This document shows positions 26,201 to 38,582 of a stretch of DNA of 64,000 nt, in pieces. A program made the position numbers and the translations under genes. The stretch covers positions 7,655,751 through 7,719,750 of the forward strand of contig OZ037773.1 in assembly GCA_964035545.1 (NCBI GenBank), read 5' to 3'. How positions within the stretch are numbered: position 1 is the first letter of the stretch; each line of letters begins with the position of its first letter. Under the pieces are notes generated by a model, which worked only from the letters and a program-made list of their open reading frames with translations, did no database searches and had not been told where the DNA came from. This DNA is from Bugula neritina. Its lineage: Eukaryota; Animalia; Bryozoa.

Positions 26201-26970
26201 TAAACAAAATAATAAACGGTTTGACAAATAAATTAGGCAAAAGGTTTGGCAGCCATATTTGACCTGATTTTCAGTTGAGGCAGCATAAAATTTAGTTCAC
26301 CAAAAAGCGAAAAATTTCACAAGTATTTTAATACCAAATTTGTCACTATTCCTATCATACAAAGGCCTGTAAATTGTAAACAAATAATTATTGTGTTATT
26401 CGCGAGTTGCCAACTTTAAACGCGAAACAGTAAAATAGAAATTCTAAAAACGTTAAAGGTTTTATATGTTGATAGCTCAAGTTCTATTTGTACTAAGACT
26501 TCAAATAAAGTGCAAAATTTTTGGAAAAGTCTGTTCTTTCACTTCATAGAAATGACCAAGTTTTGAAGGTTTTACATACGTCCACTGTTTTGTAGTGCCA
26601 GGTCACAATAATATGTTTCATAAGCCAGCATGAGCATGTCTATGGTCTTGAAAATAACAATAAAATTGAATTAAAAATTAATAGTTTAACAAGAAAAGAA
26701 AACTTTTAATGAGTCTGGTTTTTGTTATAATTATTTCAATTTTATATGTATTTACTTATGTTTTTGGTTTAAACTATTGTGAATGTTTATTATTCAATGA
26801 AGATTTGTTAAATAATAATTTCAGCAGTCACAGCTGTCTAAAAATCTGGAAATGAAACGAAAAATGTTCGAGACACCCAGTTTACAAAAACCAGTTTAAC
26901 CCCCCCCCCCCCATGACTAAAATGGGTATCACAAACCGACACCGCGTGGCCACCCATTTTAGTCACGCCC
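23284..26970. mobile_element. 3.7-kb non-autonomous TIR DNA transposon at the junction of the sulfatase tandem duplication
   Basis: TIR GGGTATGACTAAAATGGGTGGCCAC versus GTGGCCACCCATTTTAGTCACGCCC, with subterminal repeats of TGACTAAAATGGGT. No recognisable ORF inside and no matching TSD. Confidence 0.8.
24912..25255. mobile_element. Tourist/Harbinger-like MITE nested in the junction element
   Basis: ~70-bp TIRs (GCCTAGGGCCACAC...GCAAAGGTGTCCACTG) with TAA duplicated on both sides. Confidence 0.85.
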
Positions 26971-27468
26971 TATAGAGTACCACTATTGTTCATACGATGA
27001 CACACTAGGTGACTATATTTAAGTACTCGTGGTTTATTGTGTTTCAATAATAAAGTGTATAAATTGGTTAGGAAATGAGTGGGAAAATGTTATATCAAAA
27101 AATTATATGTATCAAGTCATGTTAATAATATCCTAAAAAACTGTGATATAGTATTATGATGCACTATTCTGAGATAATATGGAATAAATTTACATGTGCA
27201 AATAGAACACAATGTTTTGATATTTAAGATCCATGAGAGGGTTGATTGAAAACTGCGTCCATAAGTCACTTTTTTACCAAAGCAACTAAACACATAAAAA
27301 ATATAGTTATCATAAAAATGAGTTCAAAAAGTTGTTGAGACAGATTGAGTTTAGCAGAGCTGAGGCTACAAGCAATGTTGCTTGAGGGGGTCTAAAGTCA
27401 GGATTACACCTGCTATCAGTATTATGGTGCACTGTTCTGAGATTCACGTGCAAATAGGATAAAATGTT

Positions 27469-30400
27469 TTAATATTTACGAGCCATGAGAGAGGTTAATT
27501 GAGAACTAATTGCATAAGTAACTTTTTTACCAAAACGACTTAAAATATAAATAACTATAATCATTATAACAATGAGTCCACAAAGTTGAGACAGATTGGG
27601 TGTAGCAGAGCTGAGACTAAAAGCAATGGCGGGTGTAGCAGAGCTGAGACTAAAAGCAATGGCGGGTGTAGCAGGGCCGAGACTAAAAGCAATGGTGTGT
27701 GTAGCGGAGCTGAGACTAGAAGCATTCGTGGGTCTAGCAGAGCTGAGACTAGAAGCATTCGTGGGTCTAGCAGAGCTGAGACTAGAAGCAATGTTGGTTG
27801 AAGGGGTCTGGAGCCACGGCCCCCAGTAGCCTCCATGCAAGGCAGGATTACACCTTTTATCAATGTCGGGGTAGAACACTGGCACTGCTGTGGAGTTGTA
27901 CGCAGCTAAACGGGAAAGCAGCATGTCCACAACATCCGGGTATTTAGCACTCACCTGTAGGAAACAATGACATCATATCTTACTATAGCAGACACTATAT
28001 TGCACAGCATACATCTGTGAAGGTAGTCCTTACAGACCATAGCTGAATAGTGTTGGAGGAATATGGAGTTATACATATATTGTATATATTATCACAGTTA
28101 TATACAATGCACAGCACTACTGTTATAAGGGTCATTTTACTTAATTTAGTACACACTGGATATCTTCAGTTTTTAGCTATTTTTCACAATTTAACTGCTA
28201 ATAGACATGGGTTTTTTGGCCAAAACTAGTAAAACACCAATAAATACACCTAAATAATCAAAGTTGTTTTTAATTTTGCTTCATTTCCCATGTTTTTTCC
28301 TAATTATTCAGCTACTTTTGGTTGCGGATCGTTAAGGTTTTTTCGTAACTGTCCGCACTCCTAATAAGCTAAATATATAAGAAAAAAACACGGGAAATCA
28401 AGCAAAATTAAGAAAAACCTTAATTGTTTTGGTGTATTTATTGGTGCTTTATTAGTTTTGGGCAAAAAGCCATGTCCATTACCAGCTAAATTGTGAAAAA
28501 TAGCTAAAAACTGAAGATATCCAGTGTGTACTAAATTAAGTAAAATGATCTATAAACATAAACTGTTTTATTCTGTAAACTAAACCATTTATATATAAGT
28601 GGTGTACAATCATACATTATTATGAAACAATATGAAGGAATGGTACTTCCTGTTGCAATATCCTGTTATTACAATCAAGTAGTGAAACAACAAGTTGTGC
28701 AAGTGGGTTACTGTAACACAAACACTACATGGAGTACTGGTCAGTTACATTATACTCAGTCTACAGGCACCCCCACCTCACCTCAAAATGCTCAGTAGGA
28801 TCTTCCGTTATGTTGAAGAGATACACATTCTTATCACCGCTGGAAGTGGACCAGTCATTAAACCTTCTGGAATCTGTAACATAAAACATGTACATGTACT
28901 ATTTGTTATATTGGCCTTGCATTGTCTACTACTATACACACAATATAATATATACATCTATAAAGAGTTACACTCACAGTCACTATAAAGAGTGGGCTTG
29001 GGTACCCATTTATCATAGCCAGGGTCACCAGTTAGAATCTTCCAGTCGCCGTGTCTCAAAGCTGCCTGCACAGACGTGTCAAACACTTTAGAAACAGACT
29101 TGCCTTTCCTCTTATACATTGGATCAATGTTGAACAAAATATCCTACAAGAAAATATAATCCAAATAAAGTAAGATGAATAAAAAATTAAATAAAATACA
29201 ACTACAAATTATAAACTTGTTACATCGCAGTAATATACTAACTTATCAATCATAGAGTAGTAATATAATAACTTAATAATCATATTATATTAGTAATATA
29301 ATAGCTTATCAATCATAGAGTAATCAGTCCTACAGGTAAAAGTATCACCTTTCTAGGACCATTAGTATTACAGGTAAAAGTACCACCTTTCTAGGACTAT
29401 TAGTAGTACAGGTAAAAATATCACCTTTCTAGGACTATTAGTATTACAGGTAAAAGTACCACCTTTCTAGTACTATTAGTATTACAGGTAAAAGTACCAC
29501 CTTTCTAGGACTATTAGTATTACAGGTAAAAGTACCACCTTTCTAGGACTATTAGTATTACAGGTAAAAATATTACCTTTCTAGGACTAGGAGCTCCCAA
29601 GTTGATAGAATCCCAGACGTTGTAGCCGTCAGGTTTGGTGCCGGCCATAGAACCTCCGGCCAACTTTATTAAAGTCGGGTACCAGTCAGTGACGTGCATG
29701 AGTTCTTTACTAGTAGAGCCAGGGTTTTCAAGTAGGGGGCTATACACAAACCCAATACCTCGAACACCTAGAAGCAAAGTACACAAGCTACCAAAATGAA
29801 CATTTACAGCAACTGTGAATTACTGTTAGCTGCAGTGTGCAATATAGTCTACCAACTTAGACTCCCTACCAGAGGATTGCTAACACAGAGAGAAAGAGAG
29901 ATATATATGGATGGATGGGTGAGTGGATGGGTGGATGGGTGGATGGATGGATGGATGGATAGATAGATAGAGATGGAGAAAGAGGGAGGGAAAGGGAGAG
30001 AGAGGCGAGACGTAATACACACCTCCCTCCCAGAATGCAATCTTGCGACCTCTCAGTGGGAAGTTGTTACCTCCTGACAGGGTCTGGCCGCCGTTATCTG
30101 TGGTAAAGACGAGGATAGTGTTGTCAAGAAGACCGGAATCTTCCAGAGTCTGAGTGAGATTGCCTACTGCTTCATCCATTGCTACAGGTAAATAGTATAC
30201 AGGTATATATAGTATACAGGTATATAGTATATAGTATACAAGTATATAGTCTACAAGTATATAGTCTACAAGTATATAGTATACAAGTATATAGTATACA
30301 GGTATATAGTATACAGGTGTATAGTATACAGGTATATAGTATACAGGTACATAGTATACAGGTATATAGTATACAAGTATATAGTATACAGGTATATAGT

Positions 30401-33400
30401 ATACAGGTATACAGGTATACAGTATACAGGTATATAGTATACAGGTATACAGGTATATAGTATACAGGTATATAGTATACAGGTATATAGTATACAGGTA
30501 TACAGTATACAGGTATACAGTATACAGGTATACAGTATACAGGTATATAGTATACAGGTATATAGTATACAGGTATATAGTATACAGGTATATAAAGAAA
30601 GACACACCTGATACCATGCCAGCATATATACGTCTCTTCCTATCCTTTATCTTGGAATACATATTTTCATATTTCTTTGGGACCTGCACCGGACTGTGGA
30701 CACTCTGGAATGACAGGTACAGGAAAAGGGGAGACGATGCTTGAGCAGCATGAGTGGCTGTAACACAATAGACAACATGCTGCTAATTCATACAGGAAGA
30801 TACACACAGTTCTCTGAATTGTTGGTTAAAAAAATACGGCAGAAGGTTTCACCAGCCGCCTGAGGCACTGGACAGTGTTTCACCTGAGGCACTGGACAGT
30901 GTTTCACCTGAGGCACTGGACAGTGTTTCACCTGAGGCAATGGACAGTGTTTCACCTGAGGCACTGGACAGTGTTTCACCTGAGGCACTGGACAGTGTTT
31001 CACCTGAGGCACTGGACAGTGTTTCACTTGAGGCACTGGGCAGTGTTTCAAATGTGTATCTCTCATTTTATTCAATAATTATGGAAAACAGTTCAAAGGA
31101 GAAAAGAGTAAATGGGAGGAGACTCTGTTTGGAGTTACTTAAGGAGTTTATACTAAACAATCTAGCAACTTTTTGTAAAAAGAAACAATAAGAGTAGCAT
31201 TTAACTCTGTTACAGATATTAAAACTGTTACATAACTAATAAAATATGGACAATACTAGTTAGAGTCTATTGTTGAAGGTGGGTGTACCCTGCAATTATA
31301 AACCAATCAAAATTAAGAACTAACCAGTTTATATTTTCAAATAAAATGGTTTTATAAGCAGTGTTATGGGGTCTACAGTCGGAACTGAACTGCTGCCCGT
31401 CCTACTTTTTGCTGTTCACACTACAAATGCTGAACGCCAACTATCTCTAGTTCCGCAGTAAACTTTTAACCAATAGGAATGCCGTAACTCAGTTGCTGCT
31501 GTATCCACAGCAACAAACGATCAAATTTAGCGCAATTTATTGAGATTTATTAGCAAAATTCAATAAGATTTACTACTTATTTTTATTCTAATTTACCAGC
31601 TTCAATTATTAAAAATTACTACCTTTATTCAATGAGATTAACTAGCTTTATTCAATGAGATTTACTAGCTTTATTCAATTGCATTCATTGGCATAAAGAA
31701 CTAACTATGCTAAAAAAATTCAGCCAAATTAGAATAACCAAATATGCTGATAAAATTCAGTCAAATTTATCTACTAAATATTTATTTTATAATTAACTTT
31801 TATTAGGATTTGCATACAAAACTTCATATTATTAAGTAAAATAATATAGTTTTCAAAGAACTAAATCAAATAATAACGATCGCTAGTAGCACGTAAAATA
31901 AGTAAAAGCATTTAACCAATCAGGGCTTACCTGCAAGTCAGTGATTGGATGATCGTTGAATGCGAAATTTGAGCATCCAACATGTCGAACGCTGAACGTT
32001 CAGAAATCAGACAGTTGTGACGTCACAGGGTTCAACGCTTAGCCACAAAAAAGCGTTCACAGTTCAGTTTCAACTGTAGTCTGTCATGGGCATTAGACTC
32101 TAACAATAACCTTGAGTCATGACACCATTAATGTCAGCTGGCATCATCACATGATGTTACATAACTTTGAACTGATAAAGTATTACATAACTACTTACTG
32201 ATGACAGTTTGAGCAAGTCTGGTGAAGAGGTGGGCGGAGTATTCACCATAAGTATCATTACACCCTGTTTGATTGACAGTGTAGTCTATTCCAGTAAAGC
32301 CATGGGCAGATCTGTAGCCCAAAGAAAGCATACACGAGCTATTGGACGACTCTCAATTCTATATATATATAACTAGATACAAGGTGTTGTCTCACCATTA
32401 TAAGAGGGCAGAACTGTCTACACTAGATGGCATATAGCTATATGATTACGTATGCAAGGGAGGACTAATTATTATACCTACAAAACTATGCCTTATGTCA
32501 ACATTAGAGTTGTCTACCCAATATATGTAATACAATACACATTCTACAATATAACATAATACAATACACATTCTACAATATAACACGTAATACACCACTT
32601 ATTCTACATAAACTTGGTAACCTCTTTCTGAAGTAGTAGTCTTCACCACCAGTTAAATATCCACTGAAACTATCAAACCCTCTAGAAGTTGGAATGTAGT
32701 CTTTAGTATAGAAACCAAGGTGCCATTTACCTGAATATATAAACATTTATTTACAACTAAAATATATTAAATTAGAAGCACCATGTCAACAAATATAATT
32801 AAATTAAATAACCAGATTGTACAAACATTACAAAGATACTAACCAATCATATGTGTAGAATATCCAGCTTCTTTCAACTTATCTGGCATTGTTGGGTCAC
32901 CCAATGGTAGACCACTGGGCATACAAGGCCACATGATATCATGCTGCAACCCATTATGTATCTGGTACCGTCCTGGTATAAATCAATAAATATTCAAATA
33001 CGCAAACAAAGTAAGTATTGTAAAATGTAACTTTAGAGAAGGAGTGGTTAGAGTGCTGGTCTAGTAAACACAAGGTCAGCGGTTCAACTCAAAACATCAC
33101 AGTGATGTTACGAAGAGCATCCAGTCATAATTGAATCTATGCTGCACCAAAAAAGTTTTTAGCCCGCTTTAAAAACCCTTTCCATCGGTGTTTCTCACAG
33201 GGATGGTGACTATAAACCCACATGAGTTTTATCAAATTCAACTTCGCACAACACAATCAGCAGTAGCCATACAAACACACCGGACATAAGTTGACTGCGA
33301 GTTGGAGTGCATACGGGTTGGACATAGTAGTTTTCCAATTTCACTCCATCGGCAGCAAGTTTGTCCAGGTTTGGAGTTTTGATCTCACTTCCGTGATAAC

Positions 33401-33515
33401 CAATGTCATTCCAGCCGTAGTCATCAGCCAAGATGAAGATTATGTTAGGCTGTTCAGAAGCTGCAGATACTTCTGTAGATAATAAAACTACCACCCAGAT
33501 AATTCTCCACCACAT
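27469..33515 (-). CDS. Arylsulfatase B-like sulfatase, copy 2, ~618 aa; exons 33515-33281, 32972-32844, 32730-32622, 32338-32199, 30757-30608, 30181-30023, 29767-29577, 29143-28978, 28873-28782, 27954-27469
   Basis: Exons 1-9 have the same lengths as in copy 1 and near-identical motifs, including CTPTR. The last exon is 99 nt longer (three extra 33-bp stalk repeats). Confidence 0.9.
28129..28551. mobile_element. ~420-bp palindromic MITE specific to sulfatase copy 2 (last intron)
   Basis: Long TIRs (TCATTTTACTTAATTTAGTACACACTGGATATCTTCAG...). It is absent at the equivalent site in copy 1 (~16312-16322). The target is TA/ATAA-rich and the exact TSD is ambiguous. Confidence 0.85.
30850..31048. 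repeat. 24-bp minisatellite, ~8 copies (about 2 degenerate units in copy 1 at ~18562-18605)
   Basis: Unit CACCTGAGGCACTGGACAGTGTTT. Confidence 0.9.
31367..32092. mobile_element. PIF/Harbinger-type MITE in sulfatase copy 2 intron 4, same family as 18925-19628 but in the opposite orientation
   Basis: TTA on both sides. Ends TGGGGTCTACAGTC... and ...CTGTAGTCTGTCATGGGCA. The interior aligns to the reverse complement of the copy 1 element. Confidence 0.75.
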
Positions 33516-35395
33516 TCTAAAAGAAAGCAAGAGATTTGTATATATAAATTTTGATAAATAAAGTGTATAGACATGTGACAGTAGGATCGACAAGTTAAAT
33601 ATGTTACCTTAAGATACTGTCATAGCAGCAACATATCTTCAAGTAAAATTATTACGTGATTTGACTTTGAAGCCGCAAAGAGCCACTTGTGAAATTTCAA
33701 GTAGCCTGTTTATGACATACTTGGTCTATCTGATCAACTACGTCTAGACTACATACTCTTATTGTAAATAAAATTACTACAAGTAAATTAAAATCACAGC
33801 AGATTTTCTAACCAAATCTTTGAATGACAGTTAATACAACATTTTTACTTTATATCCAACGTTTTATATATTTAATTGTTCCTATTCAGCTTGTTGACCA
33901 ACAAGATTTAAAGGAAAATGATTTAGAGCACAAGTGATTTATGTTTTGAACTCATTTTCATTTCATCGAATCCTTAGCTAGCTAAACAAATTATTATTTA
34001 CTTATATCAAGTTGGTTTAAAAAGAAGATTTGGGGTTCTTAGCCTAACCAATATCACATTGGATGGCTAACATACATACCGCAATACATTAACGTTTTAT
34101 GCATAGGCAATCAAACGACTGCATACATTTACAAAATGCAAGTAGAATATTTATTTGATGTGCATTCAGGTTCTAAAATTGATATATATGTTCAAATAAA
34201 GTGACAAATACAGTTAGTAAGTAATACAATAAATCTTAGCATATAATAAATGCAGTGAATAGATAATTAAAACAATTAGGTGACAGTAATAGTAATAAGT
34301 AGCCAATATATTATACTTTCTAGTTATTTATACAAAGTAGCAGCTGCATATATTTGCATATCTACGCTTTTTCAATTAGGTACATTATACTTTTGCGAGA
34401 ATTATTTATAAATTTGTAGACAGTCGTATGGTGCTATAAAGTGTGACAAAGCCATTACCAAATCAGCACAGTTAGTGAGTTCATCTAACACCTCAAACTA
34501 CACAACTCAGATTTATGCAAGATTTAGTAGGTAAATCAGTTGTTGAATCATATTGGTTGAAATGTACATGATATAAATTAAAATTACATATTGATATACT
34601 GTATGAGTGTAGTACTATTAGTATTACTATTAGTATTACATTTACTATTACTATTAGTATAACTATACATTTACAAATACAATATTTATAAAATTAAATA
34701 TTTATTTTTAAATTGTTATTTACTTTTACCACAAGAATCAACTGCAGTAAAAATAAAACTATTGATATTCATATTGATAATGGTATGCACAAGACAAGTG
34801 CCAGTGATAATCACAATCATGATGATAATGACAATCATAATGATTTATGATAAACCTGTGACACTGTAAAACTTTCTAGCTAATAGAATTTTACAGTAAC
34901 TTGAAAGAAGTAACAACATAAGATGACTTCCTAAATCACACCAAATCCAACTCTAGCAGTAGCTCCATGGCCATCCGTTTTAGCCACACCCTGATTTATG
35001 ATAATCATAATCATAATGATATAATTGCCAACTGCGTCAGCTACAATATTTCTACTATACAACAAGCACACTGCAATGACTGCAAGTTTTGTTGAAGTAT
35101 GATCACAATTCACAAATTGTATGCAGCTAATCACAATGATGAATGATCACCAACCGACTAACTCGAAGTCAAATAATATTATACTCCTTACTCTTTAGGC
35201 TTAAGCTTGGTTTAGATTATTGTTATGATAACCATCGTTTCCGCTTTGATACACCTATAAAGGAGAAAAGTTGAATATCTACCGATAATTCCGTATTATA
35301 ATAGCCATGAACTTAAACTTCCTTTTAGGCCTTAGGGGGTTGTAGTTCACAACCACTGAACCAAAAATGGTCTTTTCCAGTTCAGGGCCCACGAC

Positions 35396-37550
35396 CACTG
35401 AGCTGGAATAGACCTGGAGAGGCCAAGGACGTTTTAGCGTGGCCAAATAGTTTAGCTCCGCCTTAACATGGAAAACTTAACCACGCCTACTTGTTTTGCA
35501 CGCAGTAGTAGTAAAATCCATTATAAATGCAAGCTATTAGAGCTTATATATTGAGGTAAACACTAAAAAATAATGAAAATTCAGCAATGTGAAGCAGGAA
35601 CCAATTATTTTGTTTATTTTACTTTTGGTATTTGTAATTTCATGACTAATTATCATTTTATGAAGCATGTACCTCAAGTATATATGATAATAACTTTAAT
35701 AACCTAACAAATGCATTACATATTTATTGATTAGATCAACACATTAGTCAAAATTAAATGAAAAGCAACAGCAAAGCAAATTTCAGCCTTAGTACATGAA
35801 CACTGGCAGTAAGGATAACAAGTATAAAAGTTTATAAATAATATAAAAAAACCGGTGGTAAGACACAGCTTTACAACACAGGCAAGTAACAGATTTCCTT
35901 AAACCTTTCAAAGTTTTAAATTCTGTTTTCAAGTGCTAATCTGAAAGCAATAAGTGATTAAAATGGAATTACAGAATAAACAAAAAATAATATTATATTG
36001 CAATAACAATATTTGTTATCATCTAATGTTATAATATAAATACTGTTGTAATAACTTCTAAACGATTAATTACCCACATCCTTATTACTGGCCTCTAAAC
36101 AGTACACTTTTGTTGCTACATTGCCTGAAATTTAGTTTGTGCATAGCAATATTTGTTAGTTTAGCAATGTGGTGCTGAAATAAGTCATAATATACTTCAA
36201 AGAGTAAATTTAAAAGGGAGAAATGATGATTTTCGATGCCTAATGATGTCTCCATGAATAACAGTTGTGCTATCTAATGGCTTAGAATTTCCTGAGTTGC
36301 CTGGATGTACACCACATCGGGTCACCAATTTTCTAAAGATAGACTGAAAGCCAGTTACAGATGCGTTATTATTCCATCCACCTAGAACAGATATTAAAAA
36401 AATGCTTGGACATCAATTGCCTGTTCACAATTAATGATTGGATTATGTTTACCCAGAAAAAATGATGTTTTTTAGAACACAAGCAAAACCTTGCATGCAA
36501 TTAAGCCAAAAAAGTCATTTAATTAAAAAATGCACAATTGCTTTGACACCACAGTTTTGGAAATTTTTGAAAATTCATTATCTTTGTCTCTTGGTATTCA
36601 AAAGTTAATAAAATTTACTTCATATTGCGTGCATTTCAACCGCTAAGCTCAAGCAAAAAAATTCACTTTTCAACACAGTTGGTCCAACCGACCATCTTAG
36701 TTGCACCTATCAAAGCAAAGTGAAAAACCGAACACCTGAAGGAAAGAGATAAGAGAGCAAGAGAACAAATGAACATCTTAACATAAGTGCATGCAGACTG
36801 GGCTTCATGCATAGCAGTTTAGAGCTATAGCATACCACAGCTCTAAATGGTCTTGCGAAAATTTATACATTAGCAGATAGTCGAGCGTTTTAGGCACCAA
36901 CAGTTTCTCCACCAACCCAAATACTGTGTCAATGGCACATACAAGTCCAGTAATACAAACATGTCTGCAAATAACACAAATAGGGACAGGCACATATTAG
37001 ATCTGAAATATAAGCAAGTAACACTTTCTATGGTAATAGGAAATTTACCTTTTGGTCTTGTACAGAGGTATCTTTTCATTATTCTTTAGGCCTAGCAAAT
37101 ATTGCCGTGTATCTTTCAGAAAAGGAGTGATGACACTGATACCATTTAGATGTAAAGGCTGCTTGTAGCCTTTAGCTATTGCTGATCGACTATTCAGGAT
37201 GTCAAACAACCGATCAACTCGCTACAGAAAAAGTAACATCAGCAGAACATGGGACGATTGCAGTTACAGTATTTTAAAGAAATAAAACCAAAAGCTGTAA
37301 CAAACCCTAATGAAGTTGATGGTAGCATCACACTGCTGGAATTTAGAGAGTCCCAACTGTTTCAGCGTATCTAGTGAGTCAGCCACTGAAGCTGACAGCA
37401 ACTGGGTAGCAAGAGACACCTGAGTAGATGACACAATAAAGATATTAGTTCAACACTCAATTATAACTGCATTGCCAAAGTAGCGCTTTACTAGTAGTAG
37501 TAGTAGCAGTAGGCTAGTAGTAGTAGTAGCAGTAGGTTAGTAGTAGAAGT

Positions 37551-37618
<68 letters not shown>

Positions 37619-38582
37619 TAGCAGTAGGCTAGTAGTGGTAGTAGCAGTAGGCTAGTAGTAGCAGTAGGCTAGTAGTAGCAGTAGGCTAGTAGTAGTAGTA
37701 ACAGTAGGCTAGTAGTAGTAGTACTAGTAGTAGCAGTAGGCTAGTAGTAGTAGTAGTAGTAGCAGTAGGCTAGTAGTAGTAGTAGCAGTAGGCTAGTAGT
37801 AGCAGTAGGCTAGTAGTAGTAGTAGCAGTAGGCTAGTAGTAGCAGTAGGCTAGTAGTAGTAGTAGGCTAGTAGTAGTAGTAACAGTAGGCTAGTAGTAGT
37901 AGTACTAGTAGTAGCAGTAGGCTAGTACTAGTAGTAGTAGTAGTAGTAGCAGTAGGCTAGTAGTAGTAGTAGCAGCAGTAGTAGTAGTAGTTGTACTATC
38001 ATACTGATACTGTAAGTATAACATTAGCCATTAGCCTTAGCTATTAGTATTAGTATTACTACTAGTACTACTAGTAGTAGTAGTAGTAGTACTAGTAGTA
38101 GAGTACTACTAGTAGGCAGCAGCACCGCTACCACAACTATTAAGCCTACTGTTACGCTAGTTCATGTATTACTTTCACTGATTGTTGTAACTAAAGCCAT
38201 ATACTTACTTGTGAAAAGAGATTTTTTTGTCTTTATGTAACTGCTGTACTGGTAGTTGCGGCAATTGTATGCATAACACTGAGACTCAGTGGTCTTGCTT
38301 CTTTGACCCTTAGTTTGCTTAGGATACGGAGAATTCGACATGTTTAACGAAGTAGAGGTGATAGAAAACACAATTAAATAAAAATATAGTCGCTTCAGAT
38401 ATAAAGCAGGACAAAAAACAAAGTTTAAAAGTGAGATTCACTCAATCGAAATGATGGACGACCGGCTCTATTTTCTCCCGCTAGAAAAAGAGCATGCTCG
38501 GGCTCACAAAGCCAATCGGCAACGAGGTTGCATTACAAAGTACAATCGTACCCATTCCAGTTAATAATTATTGAGTTCATTG
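35396..38582 (-). mobile_element. Degenerate P-element/THAP9-type DNA transposon
   Basis: 8-bp TSD CCCACGAC (35388-35395, 38583-38590) and termini CACTGAGCT / AGTTCATTG. Minus-strand remnants: THAP start (CYAYNC, ~38210-38341), VSLATQLLSASVADSL, DRLFDILNSR, YLLMYKFSQDHLE, GGWNNN, and a C-terminus ending VLFRGQ*. Much of the core is deleted or disrupted. Confidence 0.85.
37490..38120. repeat. Compound (AGT)n/(AGC)n microsatellite with a higher-order AGCAGTAGGCT(AGT)n unit
   Basis: Direct inspection. It lies in an intron-like position of the dead P-element transposase gene. Confidence 0.95.

Noticed and set aside
27564-27863. Overlapping alternative-frame and antisense ORFs over the stalk repeat
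   Set aside because: A by-product of a stop-poor 33-bp tandem repeat.
30788-31191. Regular 24-bp repeats giving KHCPVPQV-type ORFs; superficially CRISPR-like
   Set aside because: Head-to-tail repeats with no unique spacers, in a eukaryotic intron, and nearly absent from the paralogue. No cas genes.
37555-37605. (CAG)n as a polyglutamine tract
   Set aside because: Embedded in TAG-rich microsatellite with stops in that frame, inside a dead transposon.
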